Positions 25,286 through 38,827 of a stretch of DNA of 64,000 bases are shown piece by piece. The DNA is taken from assembly GCF_018977255.1 (NCBI RefSeq), contig NW_024704749.1, positions 7,316,001 through 7,380,000 of the forward strand, given 5' to 3'. Below the pieces are notes generated by a model. The model had not been told where the DNA came from. It was given only the letters and a program-made list of their open reading frames with translations, and made no database searches. The number at the start of each line of letters is the position of its first letter. Within the stretch, counting starts at the first letter, position 1. The stretch comes from Callorhinchus milii. Its lineage: Eukaryota. Both the position numbers and the translations under genes were made by a program.

Positions 25286-25672
25286 GAGTTCTGTAGCTCA
25301 GTGTTTAGAGCACTCGCATTGTGAGCGAGAGGACCCGGGTTCGATTCCCGGGCAGGGGCAGATTTCCTTACTTGCTCCACAGATTTCCTTACTTACTCCG
25401 CAGATTTCCTTACTTACTCCGCATGCGTCTGCTTACTTAGCAGGAAGCAGGAACCCGGTTGTTAGTTGATTGGCGGATCGCTTTCCGGGGATAATAATCC
25501 CTCCAGAGGTTTTTTTAATTTGGTCACTCGATCCACCGCATTGCTGTGCACAATTGGCTGCCATGCTTTACCCACTAATACAGTCACTCCACTTTGCAAT
25601 CTATTCTGTGAAGCACTTTGAAACGTCTCAACGACGTGATAAGGCGTTATATCAAATGCAAGGATTATTATT
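25286..25672 (+). mobile_element. tRNA-derived SINE with an internal 21-bp triplication
   Basis: TGTAGCTCAGTG / GGTTCGATTCC boxes, CAGATTTCCTTACTT(G/A)CTCC x3 at ~25359-25421, family tail. Confidence 0.82.
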
Positions 25673-26174
25673 CTAATAACCATATGAAACTACGCTGTGG
25701 TTACTATTGAGTAACCTTTTATGCAAACCAGGGCTGGACTTTATCCTATTTAGTGTTTCAGAAGCCTCCTTTTTTATTCCCCCGCCCACCCCCCCTCACC
25801 GGGACAGAAACAGAAAGAGAGAGAAACCAATTTGTTTGACCATACTTACAATGACACACACACACACACACACCACGTTCCCCCCCCCCCTCCTCTCACT
25901 CCCTCTCCACACTTCGAGCCTGACCCCTCTGCCCTTTGAAGCACTCTTAAGACACTACCCCGTGTGAAGGGCGCTGTGTAAATACAAGTTGTTGTTGTAC
26001 AAAGACATGATTAGGCGCTATAATCAAATGTAAGTATTAATATTCAGTCACTACATGTGAGAGACGTGCTGGCTGGCTCGGGGGGCGCTGGAGATGTTTC
26101 ACCGTGAGGGCGGTGGGGGCGCAGGGAGATGGGGGGGGGGGCTCATTCCTGAGCTGCTGTTTTGCTCCTTCCAG

Positions 26175-26326
26175 TCCCCCAAGAAGGCAAAGAAGAAGTC
26201 AGAGGGAGCCAACTCCAATGTGTTCTCCATGTTCGATCAGTCGCAGATTCAGGAGTTCAAGGAGGTAACTCTCCCCATCTCTGTCTGGCTCACTTTCCCT
26301 CTTTCTCTCCCTCTGTGTGTGTGTAC

Positions 26327-26359
<33 letters not shown>

Positions 26360-28482
26360 TTTATCTCTGTTTCTTGTTTTTTTGTCTCTTTCTCTGTCTC
26401 TCTGCGCGTGTAGTATCTGTCTGTCTTTCTCTGTCTCTCGCTCTGTCTCTGTGTGTGAGTCTCTCTCTACGTGTGTGTCTCTCTGTGTGTCTCCGTCTCT
26501 CTCTCTCTCTCTCTCTCTCTGGGGCAGCAATAAGCCACATTAATAGTGCGCTGACGGAGAGAGAGAGAGAGAGAGAGAGAGAAAGAAAGAGAGAGACTGA
26601 AATGGAATGTATAATCAAAGGCGTCGTCTTTTATAAATAATGCTGCATTGATCTGTCCCAAGGCTTTCACAATAATGGATCAGAACAGGGATGGATTCAT
26701 TGACAAGGAGGACCTGAGGGACACATTTGCTGCTCTGGGCAAGTCTCAATCTCGCTAAAACACGTTTAGTTCCCCTCTTCCTCCTCCTCCTCCTCCTCCT
26801 CACGCTCTCCTTCCCTCCCCCTGCCATCCCGGCAACCGGTAACAGGCAGACGTCTGATTCCGCAGGTCGCCTGAACGTGAAGAATGAGGAGTTGGACGAG
26901 ATGATCAAGGAGTCGGCCGGCCCCATCAACTTCACCGTCTTCCTGACCATGTTCGGCGAGAAGCTGAAAGGTGAGTGAGGCCATATACACATATATACGC
27001 GCAGGCGCACACATACACTCCCCCAAACACGCACACTCCAGACACACTCGCTCACAGTCACACGGGCACTCTCCCCACACACAGTTACTCAAACGTACAC
27101 ACACACCGCAGACACAAACACACAGTCACACGCACACTCCCCACGCACACAAACACACAGCCACATACACATCCTCACACACAGTCACTCACACACACAC
27201 ACACTGCCCCCCCCCCCCCCCACACACACACAGTCGCTTACACACACACACACACACTCACTCACAGTCAAACACACACATGCACACACACCCTTATGCA
27301 CTCACACTCAGACAGACACACACAGAGTCTCACACACTCAGACAGACAGACAGACAGACAGACACAGACCGACATACACACACACACAAACACACACACA
27401 GCGCTGTGTTCACCGCTAACCTTTTTTTTTCTCCGCAAACTCTGCAGGTACGGACCCTGAGGAGAGCATCTTGAACGCGTTCAAAATCTTTGACCCCGAA
27501 GGCAAGGGCATTCTGAGGAAGGATGAGTAAGTTCAGCTCAGCCGGGCAGACAGACCCTCGCTCCTCACCGGCCCTCACACAAACCACCAGCCACCAGCGC
27601 CTTGGGACGTCCTCCTAACATGAAAGGCGCTAAACAAATGTCATTTTGTTGTTGTTGTTGTTCTCTGGCTCGTTCCGACAACTCTGTCTCCTTCTCCCCC
27701 CGCAGCGTTGAGGAAATGCTGACGACACAAGCGGAACGGTTCTCCAAGGAAGAGGTAGGTTCCTGCGGCAATTGGAGTTGAGGTTCAGATCGGCCATGAT
27801 CTAGTAGAACGGCGGAACAGGCTCGAGGGGATGAATGTTCCTGTGTTCCTGTGGCACAGAGCCAGAATGGTTGGCAACTGACTCCTGCGGTTAACTAACC
27901 TCTGGGGATCAGAGAGAAACGCTATAAACTGGTTAGTGAGGGAGCAAAGGTCTGCCACTGTGAGGCACTCTGAGACACTATACGGCGTGACTGGCGCTAT
28001 GTAAAAGCAGGGATGTCATCGTTGTATCAACACAAGTGATCATTAGCCGCCCGTCCCCAAAAGCCTCCCCCATGCTGACCTGTCCAATCCCTCCACTCAG
28101 CGGGCTCTGGCCTGCTCCATGTCACCCATCAACAGCCGTCAGACCTTCAGTCTCTCCACCCCCACCCTCTGGAACTCCATCCCTCAGTCCCTCCGCCTCG
28201 CCCTCTCCCTTGCCTCCTTCGACGCCCGTCTCAAGAATCTCCTCTTCGACCTTGCCTTTGGTCATCCTCCTACCCCCACCCTGACCCCGACCTACCCTGC
28301 CCTCCACCCTTCCAGATCCTATTTCCAGATGTGAAATGTTGTTCCTCTCCCCTCGCCATTCCCCCTCCCCCTTTCAGGTGGAGCAGATGTTCGTAGCGTT
28401 CCCCCCAGATGTGGCCGGTAACCTGGACTACAAGAACCTGGTGCACATCATCACGCACGGAGAGGAAAAGGATCAGGAGTAG
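26175..28482 (+). CDS. MYL2: Myosin regulatory light chain 2, ventricular/slow type, exons 2-7
   Basis: Exons 26175-26264 ([30 protein letters not shown]), 26663-26738 (EF-hand [12 protein letters not shown]; GC donor), 26866-26970, 27448-27526, 27706-27754, 28378-28482 ([22 protein letters not shown]). Candidate polyA signals ATTAAA 29061 and AATAAA 29268. Confidence 0.93.
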
Positions 28483-29398
28483 TCCCAGAGCTCAGTGGTC
28501 CGCCTGTAAGGTCCTTTCGCTTGTAATGCCCACCTGTATTGTTTACCTGTACCGTCCACCCACCTGACTACTATAGGAACCTCGTTGCCCCCAACCCACC
28601 CCCCCACCACCCAGATTGGGTCTTTAAATTATTCGTTGCTGTTGTGATATCTTAAAGGCACCAAAAGAGAGAGGGAGGGAGAGGGTGGCAACTCCCAGGC
28701 TAAGAATAGGTGGAATTCATGCCTTGGGTAGAGCATTGGTCGTAGCTTAGCATATTAGCTTCATGTTACGAAACGTCGCAAATTATCCCCCCCCCCTGCC
28801 CACCCCCTGCTCCCCCCCCTCCTCCCCCCCACCTGTGTATCTCAAATTATCTCAACACCTGGAAACAAGTGTGAAAGTTTTAAAAATTTGCACTTTTTAA
28901 AAATATATATATAGTCTATATTTTTATCCTCTCTCTCTTATTCGAAGGGCAGTCATGTTCAGGGTTACTTATGACCTTAATGTGTTCAGGAATTTCTCTT
29001 TTTTTTTGAGGCTGGGAGGGGAAGGGGGCAAAGCCAGAGAAACCGAGTCTAAATATTCTAATTAAAAGTCGAGCCTTCAGGTCAGTTTACAGGACAAGCT
29101 GTGTTCCCTCTTTAACTTGTATCTGCGTAGATAGGTGCGAGCTCTCTGGGACGCTACCTTGCACGAAGGGCATAAATGCAAGTTGTTGTTGTTGCTCTGT
29201 GACTGTGCCATGTTTGGCAGGGAAATGCAATGAAATCCAGGCTTTGTTCCTCTGATGAAAACTAGGGAATAAAGGCAATTTTAAATACAATACTGTTCCG
29301 TCTCTCTCTCTCTCTCTCTCTCACTCTCTTTTTTCTCTCCCTCTTCACACCCATCTGCCTGTTCAGGGGGATGTTAAAGATCTCCCACCGAGAAAGGA

Positions 29399-29435
<37 letters not shown>

Positions 29436-29975
29436 CCGGCATCCTGGCCAACAATCCCCCAAATAAAATTGGTTGCTCACTCCGTGGCTGTTTATAGATG
29501 GAACGTTGCTGTGCGCAATACCGACTGCCGTGTTTCAAAATACAGTCACTGGACCTTACGGTATATCCTGTGAAGCGCTTTGAGACGTCTCGACGACGTG
29601 ATAAGGCGCTGTATCAAATGCACCGATTATTATTACTACTACTACTTTGGTCAGCCATGCAGCTGCGGGGCTGTTGAAGGCTCGGAGACAGCCTCCCCAC
29701 ATGAAAGGCACTATTGAAATGTATCAGCCCGACCCTTCCTATTTGCAACACAAAATCCGCACAGCAAGTTCCGAGCACTTTAAAAGTTGAAGATATTAAC
29801 TGAGCCGACGATAAGAATTTGCCTGAGTAAGTGCGCCTGCTTGTCTGGCTTTTATTCATCAATTCTCTCTTTTTTTAATTTGCTTATTGATCGGTGGATC
29901 GATCGATCGATTTGGTTGATTTGATTTGATTTTCGGCCCAATTCTGCAGCTGCATCTCCAGCTCCCTCTACTGCT

Positions 29976-32641
29976 CTACTGGTAAATCTTGGGGCTGCCG
30001 ATCGTCAAGTCGTGCTGAACCATCATCCACAGCTCCTTGTGATTCAGAGGCACCAATTGCTCTGAATCTGCGATGGGAAGAGAGAGAAAGAGAGAGAGAG
30101 AGCGAGAGAGAGTCACGTTTAGTTAAGCTGAACTGTTCTAAACTGATCTGAGTCAATACCACAGGCTGTTTTGCCACCAGCAGAGAGCAGGGACACTTCC
30201 CGCGCTCTCGCACACACACACACACACGTTAATCCTGTAAGCCAAAGCCCTCCAGGGTCAGGTGGTCCTAGCTGGACAAACAGTGGACAAGCTTGCCAGA
30301 TGTGGCTTTCTCGGTGGGGCAGGCCGTGCGTTTTTATTTTAAGCCACTTAAGCACCACTGACTAGACCCCCTCCCCAGCCTCGGGAGGGAGAGTTCCCCA
30401 TTTCGGGCAGGAAACTCCCACACGTACGTGGAAACCCGCGGCTTGGTTTGGAGAGTCCTAAACACGGCGACGGGTTTTCACGAGCGTAGGTGGGGAAAGG
30501 GAACGGTGGTGGGCGAGCGGGGTGAGGGGGTGATGGTGGGGGTGAGGGGGTGATGGTGGGGTGAGGGGGTGATGTTGGAGGTGAGGGGATGATGGTGGGG
30601 TTGAGAGGGTCATGGTGGAGATGAGGGGGTGATGGTGGGGGTGGGGAAATGGTTTTGATCAGTTACCAATCACGGTAGACATGTCGTCATCGCTCTCGTC
30701 GATCAGCACAGGTGAGACTATCTTGATGGGCTTCATGGTGCTGATGAGATCGGCTCCGGCAAATAGGACGTTGACAGTGGCCACGCTGGACGCGCTGGAG
30801 GAGGGGCTGAGGGGTGGAGTGCCGTGCTGTTCCTCCAAGGTTTGTAACATCAGCATATGGATCCTCAGCAAGTCAACGGCTTTCTTCTCTATCAAACCTG
30901 CAGAGAGGAGGGAGTGGGAGGTGGGAGGTGGGTGCGGTGTGGAAACACACAGGGAGGAGCCAGGCTTAGTGTTTCATACGTATTGATCAGTTATCAGCAA
31001 CTATCAGCTGTAAACTACACGTCAGCCTGGCACAGTCAGTACCGCTCCTGCCTCTGAGTCAGAAGGTTGTGGGTTCAGTCCTCACGTCGGGACTTGGAAT
31101 CACATCGTCTAAACTGACCTAAAATGCAGGGTTGGGGTTATCCTGCATTGTCGCAAGCAAGAGGACCTGGGTTTGATTCCTGAACAGGGCGAAACCTTAG
31201 GCCAGTTTCCTTACTCCACACGGGTAATAATCCTACGTGTAAGTGCTTAAATTAGGTCACTCAATACATGACTGTTTGAGGAACATTGCTGTGCGCAATT
31301 GGTTTTGCCAACCAAAATACCCAGTCACTCCACTTTACGGTATATTCTGTGAAGCGTTTTGAGACGTCTCAACGACATGATAAGGCGCTGTGCCAAATGC
31401 AAGCATCATATAAAAGTCTCCAAAGCTCCTTGCTTTTGGCGTGAGGGGCGGTGGAACACACTCACCTAAGTAAACCATGGTGTTGCTGTTGCTGATTCCT
31501 TCTCTGCCGCACAGCTTTTGGTAGATGATGGTGGGGTCGCACTTTATCTTTCTGAAGGTGATCTCGATCTTGGACTTCAGCTGCTCCAGGGTCTTAGTCG
31601 TGCGTTTCCCCAACTTTTCGTACTTGTTCGCTTGCTTCGTGGTTTGTTCCAGCTTTTCCTGTCACAGGGCAAAGAACGTGTTAATAACGAAACACGCCAA
31701 CTCGTCACTCTCTCTTGGTGCCCGACGCATGCTGGCAAGACTCCAGCCCCGCGCGCACTCACACCTCGGGAAGATTTACACTAAGATAATATAATAGTAA
31801 TCTTTGCATTTGATATATCACGTCTTCGAGACGTCTCAAACCGCTTCAGAGAATATACTGTAAAGTGGATTGACTGTGCATTTTTGTGGATGAAACGCAG
31901 CAGCCAATTGAGCACAGCAGAGTTCCACCAACAGTCGTGGAATGAGTGACTACATTTTAATTTTACCCCGGAAAGTGACTTGCCAATCGACTAACAAACG
32001 GATTCCTACTTACTGCTGGGCAAGCAGAGGCGTTTGGAGTAAGGAGATTTGCCGAAGGTTTCGCCTCGTCTGGGAATCGAACCCGGGTCCTCTCACTTGC
32101 GAGGCGAGCGAGATAAGCACTACACTACAGGACTCCCACCAGAAAAATTAGAAAGATAAACCTTTAACGACCCTGAACCCTCTGTGTCAGTCTGCTACCG
32201 AGGGAATGGAAGAGAGAGCAAGGGAAGCAATGGGGAGAGAATAGGGAGGGAGGGAGGGAGGGAGGGAGAGAGGGAGAGAGGGAGGGAGGGAGGGAGGGAG
32301 GGAGAAGGGGAAAGGGCAGCAGTGGTACCTCTACAATCTTGATGCTCGAGTGCATGCTCTGCTCCTTTTCCATCCGACGGTTTTCAAATTGTAATATTTC
32401 ATTCTGCCCATCAATGGAAGAGACCAGATTTTAATAATAAGAATAATAATCCTTGCGTTTGATACAGCGACTTATCATGTCGTAGAGATGTCTCAAAGCG
32501 CTTCACAGGATACGCTGGAAAGTGCAGTGACTGTGTGTTTTGTGGGCGAAACGCAGCAGCCAATTTGCGTACAGCGGCGTGCCACAAATAGTCATGGAGT
32601 GAGTAAACGATTTTGTTTGGGGGATTGCTGGCCAGGACAGC

Positions 32642-32696
<55 letters not shown>

Positions 32697-34251
32697 TCCT
32701 TTCTCTTTGCGAATATTGCCAAGGGAGATCTTTAACATCCACCTGAACAGGCAAACGGGAGCTCGGTTTAACGTCTGATACGAAGGCCTGTGCCTCCGAC
32801 AATGCAACAGCCCCCCACCCCCAGCGCTGCATTGGAGGGTCAGCTTAAGACCATGTGGTAGCAAACCCCTTGAACCCACAATCTTCTGACTCAGAGGCGA
32901 GAGCTCTATCCGACTGAGCCAGGCTGACAAACGGTTCCTGATCCAACACAACAAATCCTGGTGTCCCATTCGGAGAGACCGACCTTGAGGTTGAGAATCC
33001 TCTCTTGCTTCACCTCCATTTGGCGATTGAGTTCATTCACAAAGTTGAACAGTGCGTAGTTTTTCTCCTCTGTGATCAGAAACTGAGAACCTAGTGTGTA
33101 GAGACTGTCCAATCCCGTCAATTTCTTCAGTTCAGTGTAGGCGTTCTCATAGGTTTCATACTCTAACTCCTTGGGAGATTTCTTTCCCAACTTATTCTCC
33201 AAGCGATCTGCCAACGGAACCGGGATTAACAGTAATAATATAATAATAAAATAATCCTTGCATTTAATAACAACAGCAGCAACTTGCATTCATATTGCAC
33301 CCCAGGGCGCTTTGATGTAGAGACATAGGAACATAGGAACAGGAGTAAGCCATTCAGCCCTTCGAGCCTGTTCCGCCAATCTACTAGATCATGGTTCCTT
33401 CTCTCTTCGAAGAGAGCATTGGGCTCTTTAACGCCCACCTGAACAGATGGGACTTCGTCTTAACGTCTCAAACAATTTGGAGGTGGAAGGGTTTAGAGAG
33501 GGGGGTGAGAATGAGGGGTTTAAAGAGGGAGTGAGGCGGAGGGGTGCGGCGAGGGGATGACGTGGAGGGGTTTAGAGAGGGGAAGAGAGTGAGGGGTTTA
33601 GAGAGGGGTTGAGGTGAAGGGGGTTTACAGAGTGAGTGAGGTGGAGGAATTTAGAGAGGGGGTTCCGAGTACCTTCTTTCACAAGCTGTCGGAATTTGAT
33701 GAGCATAAACTCCTTCAGCTTGGCCTCGTGGTCTATAACCCGCATCAGCTCCTTGATCTCCGTGTTGTAGAGCTGGATATCCTTCTCACTGCGCTCTCTC
33801 ACTGCTATGATCCTGGACTCTGCTTCCATCCTGGCAACAACCAACACTGAGCCTCTGTGCTATCTGATAACCGTGTGCAAGTCCGTGTCCGAGATCAGTG
33901 TACCTCCCTCAAACACCCTCCCAAACCCCACCTTCTCCATCACCATCATTCTCTGTCTGCATCCTTAATTTTAGGTTTCCCCCCACCCCCTTGCCCCCAC
34001 CACATCTGTCTTATTATAATAATAATCCTTTCATTTCAAAACGATAGAGAAAGAAGGTGACTTAGTTTGATGCAGCACTTCATCACGCCATTGAGGCATC
34101 TCAAAGCCCTTCACCAGGTACGCTGGAAAGTGCAGTGACTGTATACTTTGTGGGAGCCAGTTTGCGAGCAGCAGTGTCCCACAAACAGGCATGGAGGTGA
34201 GTGACCACTTTTTAGTTTGGGGGATTGTTGGCCAGGACACCGGGAGAGGAG

Positions 34252-34285
<34 letters not shown>

Positions 34286-37200
34286 AACTCCCTTCTCTTT
34301 TCGAATAGCGCCGCGGGATCTTTAACGTCCACCCGAACAGGGGGCAGACGGGATCTCGGTTTAACATCTCATCTTGCGATTTAGTTGGACGTAAGGTTGG
34401 TCGCCTCTGCTGTTCCCCCTGCTTGCTCCATCCCCTCCCCCTTTCCCCCATTGCCCCTGCTCCTCACATCCCCTTCTCTGTGATCTGCCATGAGTTAGAC
34501 AAATACTCACCGCTGGTCATAAGCCAACACCGACTCCTGAACAATCTCCTTCATTAACTTCTTCTGATGCTGCAGTTTGGCGTTCAGCTTGTTGAAGAGT
34601 TTGGCGTAGATTTCCTTATGAATTCTCAGATTGTTGATCTCCTCCCGAAGATTTCGATTCTTCGTCAGAATTGTGTTAAACTTCACGGTTGCCTTTTATT
34701 CCCAAGCCCCCGCCCACCCCCAAAAAAAAGATAGAGAAAAGCCAATGAATGAATGAAATGTTCACCTAAAGCAGCAATCATAATGCCATCAATCAGCCGA
34801 GTACTAAATCCTGTTACCAGAGACGGGAAGATTCACATAAGAGGAGAAACTCAGGCTGTCTTCCCTCGAATTGGCTCAGTCAGTTGCACTCATGCATCTG
34901 AGTCAGAAGATTGTGGGTTCAACCAAAACCAGGCAACCAGGATGGGTGGAGGGCAGGGAGGGTGGGGTAGGAGGGTGACCGAAAGCACGGTCGAAGAGGA
35001 GGGTCTTGAGACGGGCCTTGAAGGCACAAACTCGATTGACCCACCGGCTCTGAAAGGGATTATTTATGTTTGCCCCAACACACATGTTTGTCAACCTACC
35101 AAGTTCAACTGGTTCTCCAGGACGTGAATGTGTTTCTCCACTTGTCTGCGATGTTTGTGAACGCTCTTCAGACCTCCCACGGCCATCCTGTGCTTTTCAA
35201 TCTTCTCCTCCTGGCTTTTGATCTGTGCCAGAGAAACCACTTGTGGCTGTGTGATGCTCTTCGCTCTGTGTGTGTGTGTGTGTGTGTTTATAGTGTGTAT
35301 GCATGTGTTTGTGGTGGGGAGGGGGAGGAGAGGGTGAGGGGTGGATGCCTGTGTTCACATGACATACCTGTGCTGTGCTATTTTTGCCAATATATGGGAT
35401 GCCAACATATAGTAACCACTTTCCCTCTACCCCCAAGGCGAGGTGGGGGACTCCGGTATGGAGTTCCTGAGGGTGGAGGGCAGAAAGGCTGAAGTCCCGA
35501 CCATCAAGAGTAGTGCGGGTAGGGCGGGGGTCGTGGAGCAGGCCAGTGCTTGGAGACCGAAAGGAATAATTGGTCGCAGATGTAGGGAGGAGCAAGACCG
35601 TGGAGGGCTTTAAAGGTAAGGATGAGGATCTTGAACTCTAACCTCTGGAAGGATGGGGAGCCAGTGAAGCCAGATGAGGATAGGGGTGATCGGCTCATGG
35701 AGCTTAGTGCGACCAATTCCAAGCCCACCTCGTATTCAGGAGTTAGAAGCCAGGTGGGGGTTGGGGTGGGTGGGGGGGGGGTGGGTGGGGGGGTGGGGGG
35801 GGGGATCAGGAACCTGGGGACATACCTCAGCGTCGAGCTTAGAGATGAGGTTTTTCTCCTGTTGGACAAGGTAATCGTACTCATCCTTACTCTCCAACAG
35901 ATATTTGATCTCTGCTGAATTCCTATTGTCCTTCAGCAGGTTCTGAGGAGACGTCACCAGGGCCAGGTTGGTTTCCAATTCCTCTTGCTCATTTACGTAG
36001 AGGTTTAGTTCACGTCTGAAATATAATCATATAATAATAATCCTTGCATTTGATACAGCGCCTTATCACATCATCGAGTTGATATACTGTAAAGTGGAGT
36101 GACTGTGTATTTTGTGGGTGAAATGATGCAAATAGGCATTTTGAAAGCCTATGTCTTTTAGGGCAGGTAAGGAACCTGACAGGTAGGTAAGTAGCAGGTA
36201 GGTAGGTAGTGTGGTCCTGGATGGAGAAGTAGGTGGAACTTCCATTGCTCAGTGATTGTAATATTCCCCCCTTCCCCTCCCTCCTTTCCTCCCTCCCTCC
36301 TCCCTCCTTTGCCAACCAGTGTTTGGTACTTTCTGAAGATTTAGTTGAGCAAAGTGTGGCACTCCCAGGGAAACAGTGGGTGTGGATTTAGATCAGTCAT
36401 AATCCATTAGAATGGCGGAACAGGCTCAAGGGGCTGAATGCCCTACTCCAGCTCCCATGTTCCTACATTTCTATGTTCCAGACAGAGACATTTCCACATA
36501 CGTGTGCATGTGCATGCGTGCATGTGTGTGTTTGTGTGCATGTGTTAGTGCGTGTGTGTGTGCATGTGTGTGTGCGTGCATGTGTGTGGGGAAACTCAGT
36601 GGTTTGGTTCGGAGACTAGGTCAAGCTGACACGTGACGTGTGCATCAGACACTTAGCTTTCTGTTAAGAATCCTACAGCACTATTTGCTGGGAGCTCTTG
36701 ATTGACAGTCACTACATCTCAATGTAGCTCATTGAACAGGGGGTGGGTGGGGAGAATGATAAAGTGAGTGGAGTGGAGTCAAACATCCAGTGAGTTTATA
36801 TATATATATATATATATATTGGGATTATAAGATAAGGGGCTCTGTTACAAGTATTCTTAGAACTCACAATCGTGACATTGGTTTGGGAGGTGACACCTAG
36901 CAACCTCATAATATTAATGTTCTGTTAATTCCCAGAGCTGTGCAAGTGAGGACAAAGTCTGTGTTTAATGGGAGAGCAGCATTATATAACTGCTGCTTTA
37001 TTGTGTCCTCCCAGCGCAGCTTATAATTTGCTGTAAAATGTGAAAGGCTACATGTTTTGTCCTCGATCTGGGCGAAGCAGAATGTATTTGTTCTGGTGTT
37101 TCATCACGAGGGAAGCCTAAGAACAGGAGCAAGCCATAGTTCCTCTTCCACCATCTTATTAGCTCATAGTAGATTATTTCCCTCTTGCTTTTCTCCTTAT

Positions 37201-37955
37201 ATGCTTTTTTTTAAGGAGGGGGGAGAGGGGAGAGGGGTAGGTCAGCTGAGTGTCTCACACGTACATGCGGAAACCCACATACATTCCGTTAAGTATTATG
37301 CGCAGGTTGGTAGAAGCCAAGGCTTGAGGACCCCAAAGTCTAACCCCTAGTACCCTTAATTATAATAATAGTAATCCTTGTGTTTGATATAGCGCCTTAT
37401 CACGTCTCAAAGCACTTCACAGGATATACCGCAAAGTGAACTGACTTTTTTTTTTGGATGAAACATGGCAGCCAATTGCGAATAAACCAGTATGTAGTTA
37501 AACCGGTTGTTAGTCGATTGGCAAGTCGTTTACCTGGGGTAATAAACCCTTCAATAAAAATAAATATTAATAATATGGTCACTCAATGCACAACTGTTTG
37601 TGGGGACACTGCTGTGTGCAATCAGCTGCCACATCCGCACACAAAATCCTCTTTACAATATATCCTGTGACGCGCTTTGAGAAGTCTCAATGGTGTGTTA
37701 GGCGCTATATCAAATGCTAGGATTATTATTATTAATAAAGCTCTGTGCAATGGGCTGTTGGTGTGTAGCTGTGTGTGTGCGCATGTGTGCAGTGACTCAC
37801 TCCTGGCGGGAGATGATTCTCTCTGCCTCCTCTTTGTACGCCCTGTGATCGCCCTCCAGCAGCCTCAGCTGCTGTTGGAGCTTGTTCTTGAGAGCGATGG
37901 CTGACCCCTCGGGTTCCAACTCGCTCTCCGAGAAATTGGTCAGCGACTGAATCAT
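29976..37955 (-). CDS. CCDC63: Coiled-coil domain-containing protein 63 (ODA docking complex/ODAD1 family), ~540 aa
   Basis: Ten phase-consistent coding exons: 37801-37955 (ATG in CCGCCAAC-ATG), 35826-36015, 35100-35222, 34511-34692, 33673-33830, 32984-33207 (FLITEEKNYALFNFVNELN), 32329-32403, 31466-31658, 30667-30897, 29976-30067 (TAG). Total 1623 nt. Minus-strand AATAAA at 29856-29851. Syntenic position between MYL2 and PPP1CC. Confidence 0.85.
30520..30645. repeat. ~19-bp minisatellite GGGGTGAGGGGGTGATGGT (about 6 copies)
   Basis: Directly visible in the last CCDC63 intron. Confidence 0.8.
31790..32136 (-). mobile_element. tRNA-derived SINE
   Basis: Tail-to-head match to the same family. 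Confidence 0.78.
32432..32925 (-). mobile_element. Deu-domain SINE with the same 3' tail as the main SINE family
   Basis: Minus strand: GGCTCAGTCGG/CTCTGAGTCAGAAGATTGTGGGTTCAAG head, central GACGTTAAACCGAG..GTTCAGGTGGATGTTAAAGATC..GTCCTGGCCA segment. Other copies at ~22340-22550, 29350-29640, 34020-34372, 53560-53760. Family name is from recall. Confidence 0.68.
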
Positions 37956-38812
37956 GTTGGCGGCTACGGAGAAACACAAGAGAAAGGAGGAAAGAAAAGC
38001 ATTGAGGCTTCGCGATGACCTCCCAACTTGAAAGGCGTTACACGAGTGTCAACCGTATTGTAACACGTTTCCTCGCTATTTCAGTGAGCGAGTCGTAAAT
38101 GTATGGAACCGGCTCCCTATTGGAGATGGGGGGGGTGGGGGAGCAGGGAGAAGGCTACCGTAAGCATGGTCGAAGAGGAAGGTCTTAAGTCGTGAACGGA
38201 AAGAGGGGATTGAGGGAGAAAGTTCCAAAGCTTTGGGGTGTGGTGCCTGAAGATGCGGACAGAAAAACACGGAAGTATTTCTTTACACAGAGGACAAATC
38301 ATGACTGGAAGAGGACATAGGGTTGAAAGGAAGGATGGTATTGAGACCATGACACTGGGAGTCCAACAAGCAACCCACCTTGATGCTAAGATGGGCAGAG
38401 GCACACCCTAACCTCTTTAGAGGTAAGATTTGTTCATTGAAACCCCCCCCCAAAAAAAAGAAAGACAAGAGGAGAGATTCCTGCCCTGTGACCAATTTAT
38501 TTTATTGGTTAAAAAAAAAGGGGGTGGGGAGGGGGAGTAAATCTTGATGCATCAGCGTTTTACAGCACAATTGGAAAGAAAGTTACTCAACCCAAGGGCG
38601 ACTCCCTTCAAAACGAACTGGTGGAGTGGTCCAACCCTTTAGGAACTGAGTGACTTTGCACAACGAAACTGGGAAGGGAACTGGGAAAGGTGCCCACAGG
38701 CACTTTACTCACTCACTCACTCACTCGATTGCAGACGATGTAGGAGAGAGACAGAGAGAGAGAGAGAGAGAGAAATGGGAATTTAAGGGTATCAGGAGAT
38801 GCTGGGGTTGCA

Positions 38813-38827
38813 GTTGCCAATGGTTAC
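38813..38827. promoter_or_regulatory. RFX X-box-like motif upstream of CCDC63
   Basis: GTTGCC-AAT-GGTTAC (minus: GTAACC-ATT-GGCAAC), ~90 bp from a candidate non-coding exon donor (cga|gtgagt at 38724). Confidence 0.45.

Noticed and set aside
25286-25360. tRNA gene (also 54197-54265 and 50965-51037)
   Set aside because: The A/B boxes continue into a SINE body and tail found many times in the window.
26175-28482. MYL10, MYL7 or MYLPF identity
   Set aside because: [12 protein letters not shown] and the position next to CCDC63/CUX2 favour MYL2. A tree would settle it.
29885-29935. ATCGAT sites in the CCDC63 3'UTR as CUX targets
   Set aside because: They are part of a (GATC)n/(GATTT)n simple repeat.
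30119-30358. Alternative last exon of CCDC63
   Set aside because: It crosses a (CA)n repeat and lacks family similarity. Exon 29976-30067 (SEQLVPLNHKELW) fits better.
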